From positions 1,024,001-1,088,000 of the forward strand of contig CBDBBI010000010.1 of NCBI GenBank assembly GCA_965202625.1: a stretch of DNA of 64,000 bases, in the 5' to 3' direction. Of this stretch, positions 40,228 to 50,135 are shown in pieces; positions within the stretch are counted from its first letter, which is position 1; each line of letters opens with the position of its first letter. The notes under the pieces were generated by a model. It was given only the letters and a program-made list of their open reading frames with translations, did not search any database and was not told the origin of the DNA. This stretch comes from a bacterium. GTDB lineage: Bacteria > UBA8248. Made by a program: the position numbers and the translations under genes.

Positions 40228-41283
40228 ATGAACAGCCGGATTCCGCGCTGGGTCGGAGAGCGAATTCCCTTCGACTGGGATCACCTCAAGCACATCACGA
40301 GCGAACCCATTCCGCGTCACCTGAAAAAATGGTGGTTTTGCGTGGGCGGAACCCCGCTGTATCTGTTCCTCATTCAAATCCTCACGGGCATCGCCCTCAC
40401 CTTCTACTACGTGCCCGAGCCGGGCAAGGCGTATGAATCGGTGCGCCACATCACCGAGGCGGTCCCCTTCGGCTGGTGGGTTCGCGGAATACACCGCTGG
40501 GCGGGAGAGCTGATGGTGGTGACCGTCATCCTGCACATGATGCGGGTATTCTTCACGGGTGCGTATCGCAAACCCCGCGAGATCAACTGGCTCATCGGCA
40601 TGGGACTTCTCATCACCATATTCACCTTCGGCTTCACGGGCTATTCCCTGATCTACAACCAACTCTCTTACTGGGCGACCGTGGTGGGCACCAACATCGC
40701 CGCAGCGGTGCCCGTGGCAGGCCCCTATCTCGCCGGCTTCATCCGCGGAGGGCCCGTCATCAGCGCGAACACGCTGACGCGCTTCTACGTGCTCCACATC
40801 GGCATTTTGCCGACCACCGCCTTCATCCTGCTCGCCCTCCACATCTTTTTCATCCGCATTCACGGGGTGAGCGAATTCATCGACCCCCGCGACGAGGAAG
40901 CGAAAAAAGACCGATTTTTCCCGTTTTTCCCCGATCACCTCCTGACCGAAGTAGCCCTTGGGGTTTTTCTCATATTTCTGGTCAGTCAGCTGGCCATCAT
41001 CTTTCCCGCGCAGATGGGCGCGCCGGCGAATCCGGCCATCACGCCTGAACACATCAAGCCTGAGTGGTATTTCTACCCGGTGTTCCGCTGGCTGAAGCTG
41101 TTCTCCTTCGAGACGGGCATCATCGGCGCAATTCTCATCGTCATCGTCATGTTCGCCTGGCCCTGGGTGGACGCCGCCCTGGAACGCCGGGCGCCCGGGC
41201 GGGACGTCAGCATATACGTGGGGGTGCTCGCCGTCCTCGCCATGACGATATTCATGATCATCGAGGGCCTTTCAGGCCACTAG
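40228..41283 (+). CDS. Cytochrome b (b6 plus subunit IV-like, fused)
   Basis: FCVGG, IHRW..LHMMRVF, YW, LH..LH, PEWY. Confidence 0.93.
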   Translation: MNSRIPRWVGERIPFDWDHLKHITSEPIPRHLKKWWFCVGGTPLYLFLIQILTGIALTFYYVPEPGKAYESVRHITEAVPFGWWVRGIHRWAGELMVVTVILHMMRVFFTGAYRKPREINWLIGMGLLITIFTFGFTGYSLIYNQLSYWATVVGTNIAAAVPVAGPYLAGFIRGGPVISANTLTRFYVLHIGILPTTAFILLALHIFFIRIHGVSEFIDPRDEEAKKDRFFPFFPDHLLTEVALGVFLIFLVSQLAIIFPAQMGAPANPAITPEHIKPEWYFYPVFRWLKLFSFETGIIGAILIVIVMFAWPWVDAALERRAPGRDVSIYVGVLAVLAMTIFMIIEGLSGH

Positions 41284-41307
41284 GAATAATGAGGAAGGGA
41301 GGAACTC

Positions 41308-42648
41308 ATGCAGTTGCGAACGAAGCAATGGATAGTCGCAATTTTAAGCTTGTTCTTTCTGGGTTCCCTGATCACCGTCGGTCTGATTGAGAGTGAGCGC
41401 CTCGTGCCCGAGCGGGCGAGGAAGACCGTCGTCACCGCCAAGAACGAAGGCTGCGTGAATTGCCATACGGAGAAATCGCCGGGCATCGTCGCCCAATGGC
41501 AGGACAGCCGACACGCGGAGATCGGCGTGGGCTGTCTGGACTGCCACGAAGCCCAGAAAGAGGACAAGGACGCCTGGCAGCACGAGGGCTCTCTGGTGGC
41601 CGTCATCGTATCGCCGAAGGATTGCGCAAAATGCCACGCCCAGCAGGCGGAGGAGTTCACGGCCAGCCACCACGCGAAGGCGGCGCAGTTCATCGGCAGC
41701 CTGGACAATTTTCTGGGCGTCGTGGTCGAGGGCGTGCCCGCGGCGGTGGGCGGATGCCAAAAATGCCACGGCTCCACCGTGAAGGTGCTTGCGAACGGCA
41801 GGCTCGACCCCGCCACCTGGCCCAACACGGGCATGGGGCGCATCAATCCGGACGGCAGCAACGGCGCATGTTCCGCCTGTCACGCGCGGCACCAATTCTC
41901 GCCCGCGCAATCGCGGCGTCCCGAGAACTGCGGAAAGTGCCACATGGGGCCGGACCATCCCCAAATCGAGATTTACGAGGAATCCAAGCACGGCATCGTC
42001 TTCCACGCGCGCGTGAAAGAGATGAACCTGGACAGCAAAAGCTGGGTGGTCGGCAAGGACTACACGGCGGCGCCCACCTGTGCGACGTGCCACATGAGCG
42101 CGGCGCCGAACCTGCCCACCACCCACGACGTGGGCAAGCGCATCAGCTGGACGCTGCGGCCCGTCATATCGAAGAAACTCTCCAACTGGGAGCAAAAGCG
42201 GACGGACATGAAAAAGGTGTGCGGGGCCTGCCATGGACCGGCGTTCGTCAACGCCTTCTACACGCAATACGACAACGTCATCCACCTCTACAACGAAAAG
42301 TTCGCCATTCCGGCGCAAAACATCATGAAGGAGCTCAAAAAGGAGAAGAAGCTCACCTCCACCCCGTTCGATGAGAAAATCGAGTGGACCTTCTTTGAGC
42401 TATGGCATCACGAGGGACGTCGCGCGCGGATGGGCGCGTCGATGCAGGGGCCGGACTACACGCAGTGGCACGGATTCTACGAGGTCGCCAAGCACTTCTA
42501 CTTCAAGTTCCTGCCGGAGGCGGAGGAGCTGCTGCCCGGCGTGAGCGACAAATTCGTGAAGGGCCAGCACCACGCCTGGCGCAAGGGAATGAACAAAGAG
42601 CAGATTCAGAACATGCTCGATTTCTATCAGACGCGCTACGGGCAATAG
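41308..42648 (+). CDS. Octaheme cytochrome c, hydroxylamine oxidoreductase-like
   Basis: Eight CxxCH motifs; CHMGPDHPQIEIYEESKHG, APTCATCH, WHHEGRRARMGA. Confidence 0.88.
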   Translation: MQLRTKQWIVAILSLFFLGSLITVGLIESERLVPERARKTVVTAKNEGCVNCHTEKSPGIVAQWQDSRHAEIGVGCLDCHEAQKEDKDAWQHEGSLVAVIVSPKDCAKCHAQQAEEFTASHHAKAAQFIGSLDNFLGVVVEGVPAAVGGCQKCHGSTVKVLANGRLDPATWPNTGMGRINPDGSNGACSACHARHQFSPAQSRRPENCGKCHMGPDHPQIEIYEESKHGIVFHARVKEMNLDSKSWVVGKDYTAAPTCATCHMSAAPNLPTTHDVGKRISWTLRPVISKKLSNWEQKRTDMKKVCGACHGPAFVNAFYTQYDNVIHLYNEKFAIPAQNIMKELKKEKKLTSTPFDEKIEWTFFELWHHEGRRARMGASMQGPDYTQWHGFYEVAKHFYFKFLPEAEELLPGVSDKFVKGQHHAWRKGMNKEQIQNMLDFYQTRYGQ

Positions 42649-42712
42649 AAAAAGCCGAGGGGCCAGCGCAAGAGAGGGCGGTTTTGCGTCCGCCGATTTC
42701 GGAATGCGCCTC

Positions 42713-44014
42713 TCAAAGTTCGACGACGTCCATGGCGTCCGGATTGAGAACCCGGGGGCCATTCTCCTCGACGATCACCTGGGGGCCGAACACCAGGAAA
42801 ATCCTGTCCTCATGGGCGGCCTTCACCTCGACGGCGAGCGTCATGCCCGCCTGGACCTCAAAATCCTCCAAAAAACCATAGCGATCGCCCGCCAGGGCGC
42901 GCCATTCGGGGTTCTCGGCCAGGCTCCCCTCCACGAAGGCCTCGCGCCAGGGAGAATCTCTGGGAATATCGCCCGCGCATATCGTCGTCAAGGGCGGCTC
43001 GATGCCGTCGATTCCCACGCCGTGCACCTGGGGAATCTCGTGGTAATATCCGCCCCGCAGCACCGCCTCGCTGGATGCGCGATCCACTTCGGACCATGCC
43101 GTCCCCGGCTTGAGGGCTTCGAGTGCGGCGTGGAGACTTTCCCGCACCGCCTCGCGCAGCGGCTTGTATTCCGCATCCATCCGGCCGAGCGACATGGAGG
43201 TATGCGGATGGCTCCAGTAGCCTCCATAGCGCGCGTAATAGCCGATGCACAGCATATCTCCCGAGCGGAGAACCCTGTCCGTGGGCCTTCTGTTCACCGG
43301 ATAGCCCTTGCCCGAGCAGAGGATCAGCCAGTTGTCGCGGCCCGGCTCCGCTCCCGCCCGCAGGCTCGCGTTGAAAAGCGCGGCGTATATCTCGTTCTCC
43401 CTGACGCCCGGGCGGCAGCATCCGAGCACGGTGTCTATCTCCAGGTTCACCATCTCCGCCGCTTTTTCCATCATCGCGATCTCCTCGGGGCTCTTCACCA
43501 TGCGAAGGCGCGTGAGGATGTCCGAGGCGTCCGAGAACGCGCCATCCGGCAGCAGGCGCTTGAGATTCTGATACGTCATGTAGGGAATCGCGCCCTCAGC
43601 GCCGTATCCGCCGCCGATCAACCCGACAATCCCTATGTTGCCCCGCTCGTAGCCCAGCTCCTTGACGGCGTCGGAGGCTACGACGCTCACCTTGCCCTCG
43701 TGTCCCCGGTAGCGCACCCCCTCGAAGCAGGAATCCGTGTACCACTTGCCCCAGTTTTGCAGGAGCCAGAAGGTGACGGGCGATCCCTTGCGGGGGAAGA
43801 CCATGCTGCGCTCCCCATAATCCCCTCCGTCGAGCCATCGGGCGTTGCCGTTGCCGTTCATCCCGCGCCCCACGATGATGAGGCAGTCAAGCCCTCGCGC
43901 ATCCATCGCGGCGCGAGTCGCGTCCCACCTTCTGTCGCGCTCCCGGGTCGAGAACGCGGCCGCGGCATCGCCCAGACGACCATCTTTCGGAAAAAACCTC
44001 GGGTCGGTCACCAT
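42713..44014 (-). CDS. M24 family (Xaa-Pro peptidase/creatinase-like) protein
   Basis: RMVKSPEEI, RPGVRE, HGVG, GMTLAVE. Confidence 0.8.
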   Translation of the reverse strand: MVTDPRFFPKDGRLGDAAAAFSTRERDRRWDATRAAMDARGLDCLIIVGRGMNGNGNARWLDGGDYGERSMVFPRKGSPVTFWLLQNWGKWYTDSCFEGVRYRGHEGKVSVVASDAVKELGYERGNIGIVGLIGGGYGAEGAIPYMTYQNLKRLLPDGAFSDASDILTRLRMVKSPEEIAMMEKAAEMVNLEIDTVLGCCRPGVRENEIYAALFNASLRAGAEPGRDNWLILCSGKGYPVNRRPTDRVLRSGDMLCIGYYARYGGYWSHPHTSMSLGRMDAEYKPLREAVRESLHAALEALKPGTAWSEVDRASSEAVLRGGYYHEIPQVHGVGIDGIEPPLTTICAGDIPRDSPWREAFVEGSLAENPEWRALAGDRYGFLEDFEVQAGMTLAVEVKAAHEDRIFLVFGPQVIVEENGPRVLNPDAMDVVEL

Positions 44015-44132
44015 CTCCCATCTCCCATGTGCAAGGCGAATCCTCCGCGCGCGACTGGACGCGGAGGAGCGGAATCATTTAGCCTCGACTCTCATCTGCT
44101 CTCACTATAATAGATTCGCTGGCGTCAGAAAA

Positions 44133-45254
44133 ATGAGCGACCGAAAATTCACCTGCATTGATTGCGGTCAAAACCATCCCTTGCGCCTCCCCCGCTGGCG
44201 ATGCGACTGCGGCGGGCCGCTGGAGGTGGAGGGCCCGAACATGTTCCCGCGCGATGCGCTTGCAGGGCGGCCAGCCAGCCTATGGCGCTACCGGGAGGCG
44301 CTTCCCATCGAGAGCGACGCGCACGTCGTCAGCATGGGCGAGGGCATGACGCCGCTCATCCCCGTCGCTTTCTCCGGAATGGAAATTCTCTGCAAACTCG
44401 ACTTTTTGTTCCCCACCGGCTCGTTCAAGGATCGCGGTGCCACCGCCCTCATCAGCAAACTCAAAGAATGGGGGATCACGAAAGTGCTGGTCGATTCCTC
44501 CGGAAACGCCGCCGCGGCCATCGCCGCCTACGCCGCGCGCGCCGGAATGGAATGCGAGGTCTACGCGCCCGCGTCCACCTCCGCCGCCAAGTGCGCGCAA
44601 ATCACAGCCTACGGCGCGGCCCTCCGCAAAATACCCGGCCCCAGACAAGCCGCGACGGACGCTGCGGTGGCGGCGTCTGGGAAACGCTTCTACGCTTCCC
44701 ATTTCTGGAACCCCTGGTTTCACCACGGAACGAAGACCTGGGCGTTCGAGGTCTGGGAACAGCGCGGCTTTCAGGCACCCGACTCCGTCGTCGTCCCCGC
44801 CGGCCATGGCTCTATGCTCATTGGCGCGCACCGGGGCTTTTCCGCGCTTCTCCGGGCCGGCTACGTCGCCAAAATGCCGAGAATCTTCGCCGCACAGGCG
44901 GCGGGCTGCGCACCGATGGTGAGAATGTGGGAGGAGAACCTGAAAGCCGTCCCCGCCCTCCGCCCGAAGGCCACGCTGGCGGAGGGCATCTCCATCGCCG
45001 CGCCGGTGCGCTGGAAGCAGATGCGCGAGGCGGTGCGCGAGAGCGGGGGCCGTTTTCTCTCGGTCGAGGATGCGCAGCTGCCCCCCATCCTCAAGGCGTT
45101 TGGCAAAAAGGGCGTCTGGATGGAGCCGACGAGTGCCGTCGCGTTCGCCGCAGCCGCCCTTTTGAGAGAGCGGGGAGAGATCGCAGCAGGGGAGACCGTC
45201 GTCGTTCCCGCGACGGGCCATGGACTGAAAGCCGCTGACAAACGAGAGAAATAA
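44133..45254 (+). CDS. Threonine synthase-like PLP enzyme
   Basis: SLWRY, GEGMTP, PTGSFKDRG, DSSGNA, EPTSA, TGHGLK. Confidence 0.88.
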   Translation: MSDRKFTCIDCGQNHPLRLPRWRCDCGGPLEVEGPNMFPRDALAGRPASLWRYREALPIESDAHVVSMGEGMTPLIPVAFSGMEILCKLDFLFPTGSFKDRGATALISKLKEWGITKVLVDSSGNAAAAIAAYAARAGMECEVYAPASTSAAKCAQITAYGAALRKIPGPRQAATDAAVAASGKRFYASHFWNPWFHHGTKTWAFEVWEQRGFQAPDSVVVPAGHGSMLIGAHRGFSALLRAGYVAKMPRIFAAQAAGCAPMVRMWEENLKAVPALRPKATLAEGISIAAPVRWKQMREAVRESGGRFLSVEDAQLPPILKAFGKKGVWMEPTSAVAFAAAALLRERGEIAAGETVVVPATGHGLKAADKREK

Positions 45255-45375
45255 CGGGTGCCTGATGGATTTTCGCCGCCTGGAGTTGAACCTGTAGATT
45301 TCTCAAACCGCAGACGCCGTTTTCTGCGCGCCGGACAGAATGGAACAGCCGACCGCACGCGAGAGGAGGTTTTTC

Positions 45376-46581
45376 ATGTACAACGCCATCGCCCCTGTTC
45401 CCGTGGATGGGGACTACATCGTTCAACTCGCACAGGAGCTGATTCGCATACCGGCGGAAAACCCGCCGGGAGACTGCTCCGCCATCGCCGAGCGCATTCT
45501 GGCGGAGCTCAAGGCCATCGGCGTCGAGGACGTCCGCACCCATGAATACGAGGCGGGAATGCCGAATTTCATCATCCAGACCGGCTCCGGCGGGCCGGGC
45601 GGCCATCTCCTCATCGGCGGCCACATGGACACCGTGCCCGTTCACCCGGACGAGGTGGAAGCCTGGGAGGTCCCTCCATTCAGCGGCGACCTGAGGGGGG
45701 GTGAAATCTGGGGCCGGGGCGCCGCCGACATGAAAGGCGCTCTGGCTTCCACCATCGGCGCGCTCAAGGCGCTCCGGGACGAGAACGTCCCCCTGGACGG
45801 CGCCCTCACCTGGGTGCTGCTCTCAGACGGGGAGAAGGGCGACTACCACGGCGCGCAGGCGCTGACGGACAACGGCGTCCTGAAAGAGTTGGGCGGCGAC
45901 ATGGTGCTCTACACCGAATCGACGGGCAACAACGTCATCCGATCCTTCAAGGGGCGCGTCTTCTTCGAGGTCAAGGCGCGCGGCCGATCGGTTCACGTAA
46001 GCGTGCCGGAGAAAGGGGTCAACGCCATCGAGAAGATGGCGAAGATCATCGGCGCCTTTCGGGCGGAGCGCATCGCACCGCCGCCGCACCCGTTTCTGGG
46101 TCCCTCCACCCTCGCCTTCTCCACCATCAAGGGAGGCTCCGCAGTCAACGTCGTAGGCGGACGCTGCAGTGCCACTTTCGACGTGCGGATGCTGCCGGGG
46201 CAAACCTCGGCGGGCGTAAAGGAGCAGCTCGAGAACGTTCTGGCGGAACTCGCCCAGGAGGATCCTGAATTCGACGCATCTCTCGAGATACTGCCCAGCG
46301 GGGCGCGCGAGGTCACCGAAATCGCCGAGGACGCGCCCGTCGTTCGGCTCATGGAGCGGGTCGTCCCCGCGGTGAGGGGCAGGCCGGCCGCGCATCTGCC
46401 CGGCATCGAATCTCCGGGTGCGCTCCGGCTTTTCATCGAAAACGGAATTCCGGGAATTTTCTTTGGCCCCGGCGAGTTCATATCGGAGGCGCATCTTCCG
46501 AACGAGCGCGTTCCGGCACAAAACCTCATTGACGCCGCCGGAATGTTCGCCACGGCCGCCAAGGCGCACTGCCGAAAATAA
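45376..46581 (+). CDS. M20 family ArgE/DapE-like metallopeptidase
   Basis: GHMDTVP, GRGAADMKG, AHLPNE. Confidence 0.88.
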   Translation: MYNAIAPVPVDGDYIVQLAQELIRIPAENPPGDCSAIAERILAELKAIGVEDVRTHEYEAGMPNFIIQTGSGGPGGHLLIGGHMDTVPVHPDEVEAWEVPPFSGDLRGGEIWGRGAADMKGALASTIGALKALRDENVPLDGALTWVLLSDGEKGDYHGAQALTDNGVLKELGGDMVLYTESTGNNVIRSFKGRVFFEVKARGRSVHVSVPEKGVNAIEKMAKIIGAFRAERIAPPPHPFLGPSTLAFSTIKGGSAVNVVGGRCSATFDVRMLPGQTSAGVKEQLENVLAELAQEDPEFDASLEILPSGAREVTEIAEDAPVVRLMERVVPAVRGRPAAHLPGIESPGALRLFIENGIPGIFFGPGEFISEAHLPNERVPAQNLIDAAGMFATAAKAHCRK

Positions 46582-46648
46582 ATGCGCCGAACGACGGAGA
46601 AAAATAGCCGAGAGAGCACCGCTGCGCGCGCACCGCCTCGCCCTCGCC

Positions 46649-47026
46649 TCAATATCCCTCGTCTATCACCTCTTTGAGCTGCGTGCACCCGGCGACCAGT
46701 GCCGTCATTCCGCAGGGGGGCAGCATGCACTCGAGCGCCTCTGTCGCCTCCTCGACCGTAGCGCCGAGCTGCAAGGCCTTTTTCAGGTGGTTCTTGATGC
46801 CCTCCGTATCAGAGGGGTCGCGCGAAGCGCTCGCCACGGCGATAAAAAGCTCCTTGTATTTCTCCGGAAACGGCCCCTCCTTCTTCATGATGTGGTTCTT
46901 GAGGTTCTCGTAGTTCTCCAGAAGGTCCGGGTCCACCTCGCACAAAAGCGCATAAGCAGGATAGATAAACCCGCGAGCCGCTTTCATGCGCTCATACAGC
47001 GCCCTGCCCCGCTCGCTCATCGCCAT
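46649..47026 (-). CDS. Carboxymuconolactone decarboxylase family protein
   Basis: KYKELFIAVA, HLKKALQLGATVEE. Confidence 0.8.
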   Translation of the reverse strand: MAMSERGRALYERMKAARGFIYPAYALLCEVDPDLLENYENLKNHIMKKEGPFPEKYKELFIAVASASRDPSDTEGIKNHLKKALQLGATVEEATEALECMLPPCGMTALVAGCTQLKEVIDEGY

Positions 47027-47073
47027 CGTGAATCCTCCCAAGCGCCCTCGCCCGGCGGCGCATTGCTTCCCGC

Positions 47074-47844
47074 TTACGGATACACTTCCTTCTCCAGGAC
47101 GGAAGCCTCATGTCCGGGCAGAATATATTCCTCCTTCGTCGCCCGGTTGATGCACTTCCAAATGGAATCCACCGCGTCCTTCATGCTCGACATCTGGCCG
47201 GCGGGAACGCGCCGCTTGAGGCCCTCCTGAATCTGAATCACGTCGGCGGCGATCACGTAGGTACCGACGCGCGTCTCCACGGCGACGGAACAATGCCCCG
47301 GCGTGTGGCCCGGCGTGTGGAAATAGGTGACGCCCGGCACGATCTCGAAATTATCCGTCCAGATGGGCTCGAAGATGATGCCCTGCTGTGCGACGACCGG
47401 CCAGCGGGTGTTGGGGTGAATCGGTGCGTCATAGGGTTTGGATTGCAGCGCGACCGGACAGACGGAGTATTGCAGCTCTTCCGCCCACACGTATTTGACG
47501 GCGTTGGTGAACAGGTCGCAGTTCTGGGAATGATCCCAGTGCAGGTGCGTGAGAATCAGAATGTCCACCTCCTCGGGCTTCCAGCCGGCACCCTCGAGCC
47601 GCTTCCTCACCCCCTGTTCGGGCTCCCTGCTGGCGGGCCAGGGCGCACCACCGCGCTCGGGGTCCAGAAAGCTCGTGTCGACCACGATTTTCACGTCTTT
47701 TCCGTCGCGATCCTTCGCCCCCTCGATCATGTAGATGAAGGAGGGAATAGCGAGCTTCGTTCCGAAATTCGTCCAATACACCATGTTGGAATAATCCGTG
47801 TGAATGGTGCCGCAGTTCAGGGGACGGATGGTGAGATCTGGCAT
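47074..47844 (-). CDS. N-acyl homoserine lactonase-like metallo-beta-lactamase
   Basis: THLHWDH, TPGHTPGH, PGHE. Confidence 0.85.
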   Translation of the reverse strand: MPDLTIRPLNCGTIHTDYSNMVYWTNFGTKLAIPSFIYMIEGAKDRDGKDVKIVVDTSFLDPERGGAPWPASREPEQGVRKRLEGAGWKPEEVDILILTHLHWDHSQNCDLFTNAVKYVWAEELQYSVCPVALQSKPYDAPIHPNTRWPVVAQQGIIFEPIWTDNFEIVPGVTYFHTPGHTPGHCSVAVETRVGTYVIAADVIQIQEGLKRRVPAGQMSSMKDAVDSIWKCINRATKEEYILPGHEASVLEKEVYP

Positions 47845-47961
47845 GGAACTATCCTTTCTGGCTTGGGTTTCGCGGCCAGAAGGCCGCAAACGAACAATGG
47901 CGGTCAATCGCCTGATAATCGCCGGCACAGGCACCGCACCGGCGATGGAATACGCGGTTCG

Positions 47962-48561
47962 TCAGGTTCGCGCGGTTCGGGAGAAGCGCACCACCTCCCT
48001 CAGCGCATCGGGGCCTTCCGGCTCGGTCGCGTCAAGACCAAGAGCGATGTTCAGCCGATTGCTCATGTTGCGATACGCCACGGAGCCGATGATGTCCATC
48101 AGGTTCTCCTCGCTGAAGCCCACCTCGCGCAGCGCGTCCAAATCCGCCTCGCGCATCGCATAGTGATCAAGCGTGAGCTTCTCGGCGAAGGCGAGCATCG
48201 CCTTGTCCGCATCGTCGAGAACCGGAGAATTGTCCCTGTCCATTACCACGGTCGCCACCTCCGCCATCGTGACGCCCTCGCCGCTTTCCGCACGGAAAGC
48301 CTGGCCATGGTTCATCGTTCAGCCGTAGCAGCCGCCAATCGTGGCCACGTAGTAGGAGAGGAGCTCCTCGCGCCTTCTGCCCAAAGTCGAATTGCCGCCA
48401 TGCACGGCCATGTTCATCGTCTGGCGTCCGTTCAGCACCTCGGGACGGCGCGCCATAGCGAGCAGCAGACGGGGCACGGCGCCTCTTTTCTTACGTATGC
48501 CCTCGAGAATCCCTTTCGCGGGTTCTTGCGCCTCGTTCAGCCTTAAAGGGGATATCCACAT
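47962..48561 (-). CDS. AhpD/CMD-like peroxidase-related protein, probable selenoprotein (TGA at 48319-48321)
   Basis: Two in-frame ORFs joined by TGC TAC GGC TGA ACG ATG AAC CAT = CYG-U-TMNH; SECIS-like hairpin downstream. Confidence 0.8.
48283..48300 (-). promoter_or_regulatory. Candidate bacterial SECIS hairpin
   Basis: GCUUUCC-GUGC-GGAAAGC starting 18 nt after the UGA, with G first in the loop. Confidence 0.65.
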
Positions 48562-48589
48562 TCTGTTTTCTCCTCAACGCCGATATCAT

Positions 48590-49642
48590 TCACTCGATTG
48601 TAGCCGCGCGCTCTTTCTGAAACGCGGGCATCACCTCTTTTGAAAACCTCTCCAGGGAGAGAATCGCCTCGTCCTGGGGTATGCCCCGGAGAACGAACAG
48701 CATGACGTGATTCACCTTGAACTCCGACTGGAGACGCTTGAGATCGGCAATCACCTTCTCTGGCGGACCGATGACGCCGCCCCCCTCGATGACCTCGCGG
48801 ATGTTGACGTCGTAGCTCCAGTTGCGCTTGAGGGCCTCTTTCTCCTCAATGGACATCTCGATGGAGTTCACCGCGCTGCGGTAGGAAAGATACCAGGATT
48901 CCGAGGGCTCGATCTGCTTCCAGGCGCGCTCGGGATCGTCGCAAACGTGCACGTGGTGGGCCATGAGGGCGGGATAATCGTCCGGGTTCCCCCCGCGCTT
49001 CCTCACCGCCTCGTGAAACAAGCCCATTTTTTCCAGATACGCCTCGGGCCCCTTGAAGGTGCCCGAGGCCATGACGTTAAAACCCCTCTCTCCAGCAAAG
49101 GCATAGGTTTCGGGGCTCGTGCCGGCCAGCCAAACGGGAGGACGCGGCTTCTGAATCGGTTTGGGGAATATCTCCGCGTCAATGCAGCTGTAATGCTTTC
49201 CGCGAAAGGTGAGGCATTCTCCCTCCAGAAGGCGGGTCAGTACCTCAATGCCCTCCTGCATCTTCTCTCTGCTGTCGGTGGGAGAGACGTCAAAGCCCTG
49301 AAACTCCTTCGGCTGGGAGCCTCGGCCTATGCCCAGCTCCAGGCGTCCGCCGCTGAGCACGTCGGCGAGAGCGGCCTGCTCGGCCAGGCGCACCGGATTG
49401 TGGAAGGGCATGATGCAGATGGCGGTGCCCACCCTGATCCTCTTCGTTCTTTGCGCGATGGCGAGGGCGACCATGAGCGCGTCCGGGCACATGCCCACGC
49501 GCGAGAAATGGTGCTCCGCCAGAAACACGGCCTCGTAGCCCAGCGCATCAGCCGCCTCGCACTGGACGATCAGCTGCTCGAACTCATGCTGATAGGTCTC
49601 GCCTTCCTGACACGCCGGAATATAGAAAAGAGAGAATTTCAT
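48590..49642 (-). CDS. LLM class flavin-dependent oxidoreductase
   Basis: AEHHF, NPVRLAEQ, DVLSGGRLELGIGRG, PKPIQKP. Confidence 0.92.
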   Translation of the reverse strand: MKFSLFYIPACQEGETYQHEFEQLIVQCEAADALGYEAVFLAEHHFSRVGMCPDALMVALAIAQRTKRIRVGTAICIMPFHNPVRLAEQAALADVLSGGRLELGIGRGSQPKEFQGFDVSPTDSREKMQEGIEVLTRLLEGECLTFRGKHYSCIDAEIFPKPIQKPRPPVWLAGTSPETYAFAGERGFNVMASGTFKGPEAYLEKMGLFHEAVRKRGGNPDDYPALMAHHVHVCDDPERAWKQIEPSESWYLSYRSAVNSIEMSIEEKEALKRNWSYDVNIREVIEGGGVIGPPEKVIADLKRLQSEFKVNHVMLFVLRGIPQDEAILSLERFSKEVMPAFQKERAATIE

Positions 49643-49680
49643 CTTTCAGGCCTCCAACCTCGACGTGAAAATCTGGCGGA

Positions 49681-50079
49681 TCACGCACCCATGGTGAACG
49701 CTTTTCTCACGCGTATTCGGTAGATGACGCGCACCTGGCCCGGCTGGCGGTTCGGATAGACGTCCTTGTCCAGATACTTCTTCGACAAGGCGTCGATGTG
49801 CTCCTCCGCTCCCTCCTCGCTGATCTCCACAACCTCGCCCTGAAGCCCCAGCCAGCGATAGAGATTTTCCGGATCGACGATAGCCATCGACACCCGGGAG
49901 CGGGAGCGCATGTTGACGTCCTTCAATCGACCCCTGGCGGAATTGATTCGGATGAGATCGCCCTCCGTATCGAACCAGATGGGTGAGACCTGGGGCGAGC
50001 CGTCCTTGTTCTGGGTACCCAGATACAAAAGGGCCTTGGTGTCGAGAATGCCGATGTGCGACTGCGGTATCTGTAGCAT
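49681..50079 (-). CDS. PPOX class F420-dependent oxidoreductase
   Basis: DGSPQVSPIW, GRLKDVN, DPENLYR, IDALSKKY. Confidence 0.88.
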   Translation of the reverse strand: MLQIPQSHIGILDTKALLYLGTQNKDGSPQVSPIWFDTEGDLIRINSARGRLKDVNMRSRSRVSMAIVDPENLYRWLGLQGEVVEISEEGAEEHIDALSKKYLDKDVYPNRQPGQVRVIYRIRVRKAFTMGA

Positions 50080-50135
50080 CTGCGGGTTCCTTGTATGAGA
50101 AAAAACGGTTGATGACGCGAAGAAGAAAGGCGCGC

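Noticed and set aside
41308-42648. Evidence for ammonia oxidation
   Set aside because: No amo or cycAB genes in the window, and the protein looks like the reductive HAO-like type.
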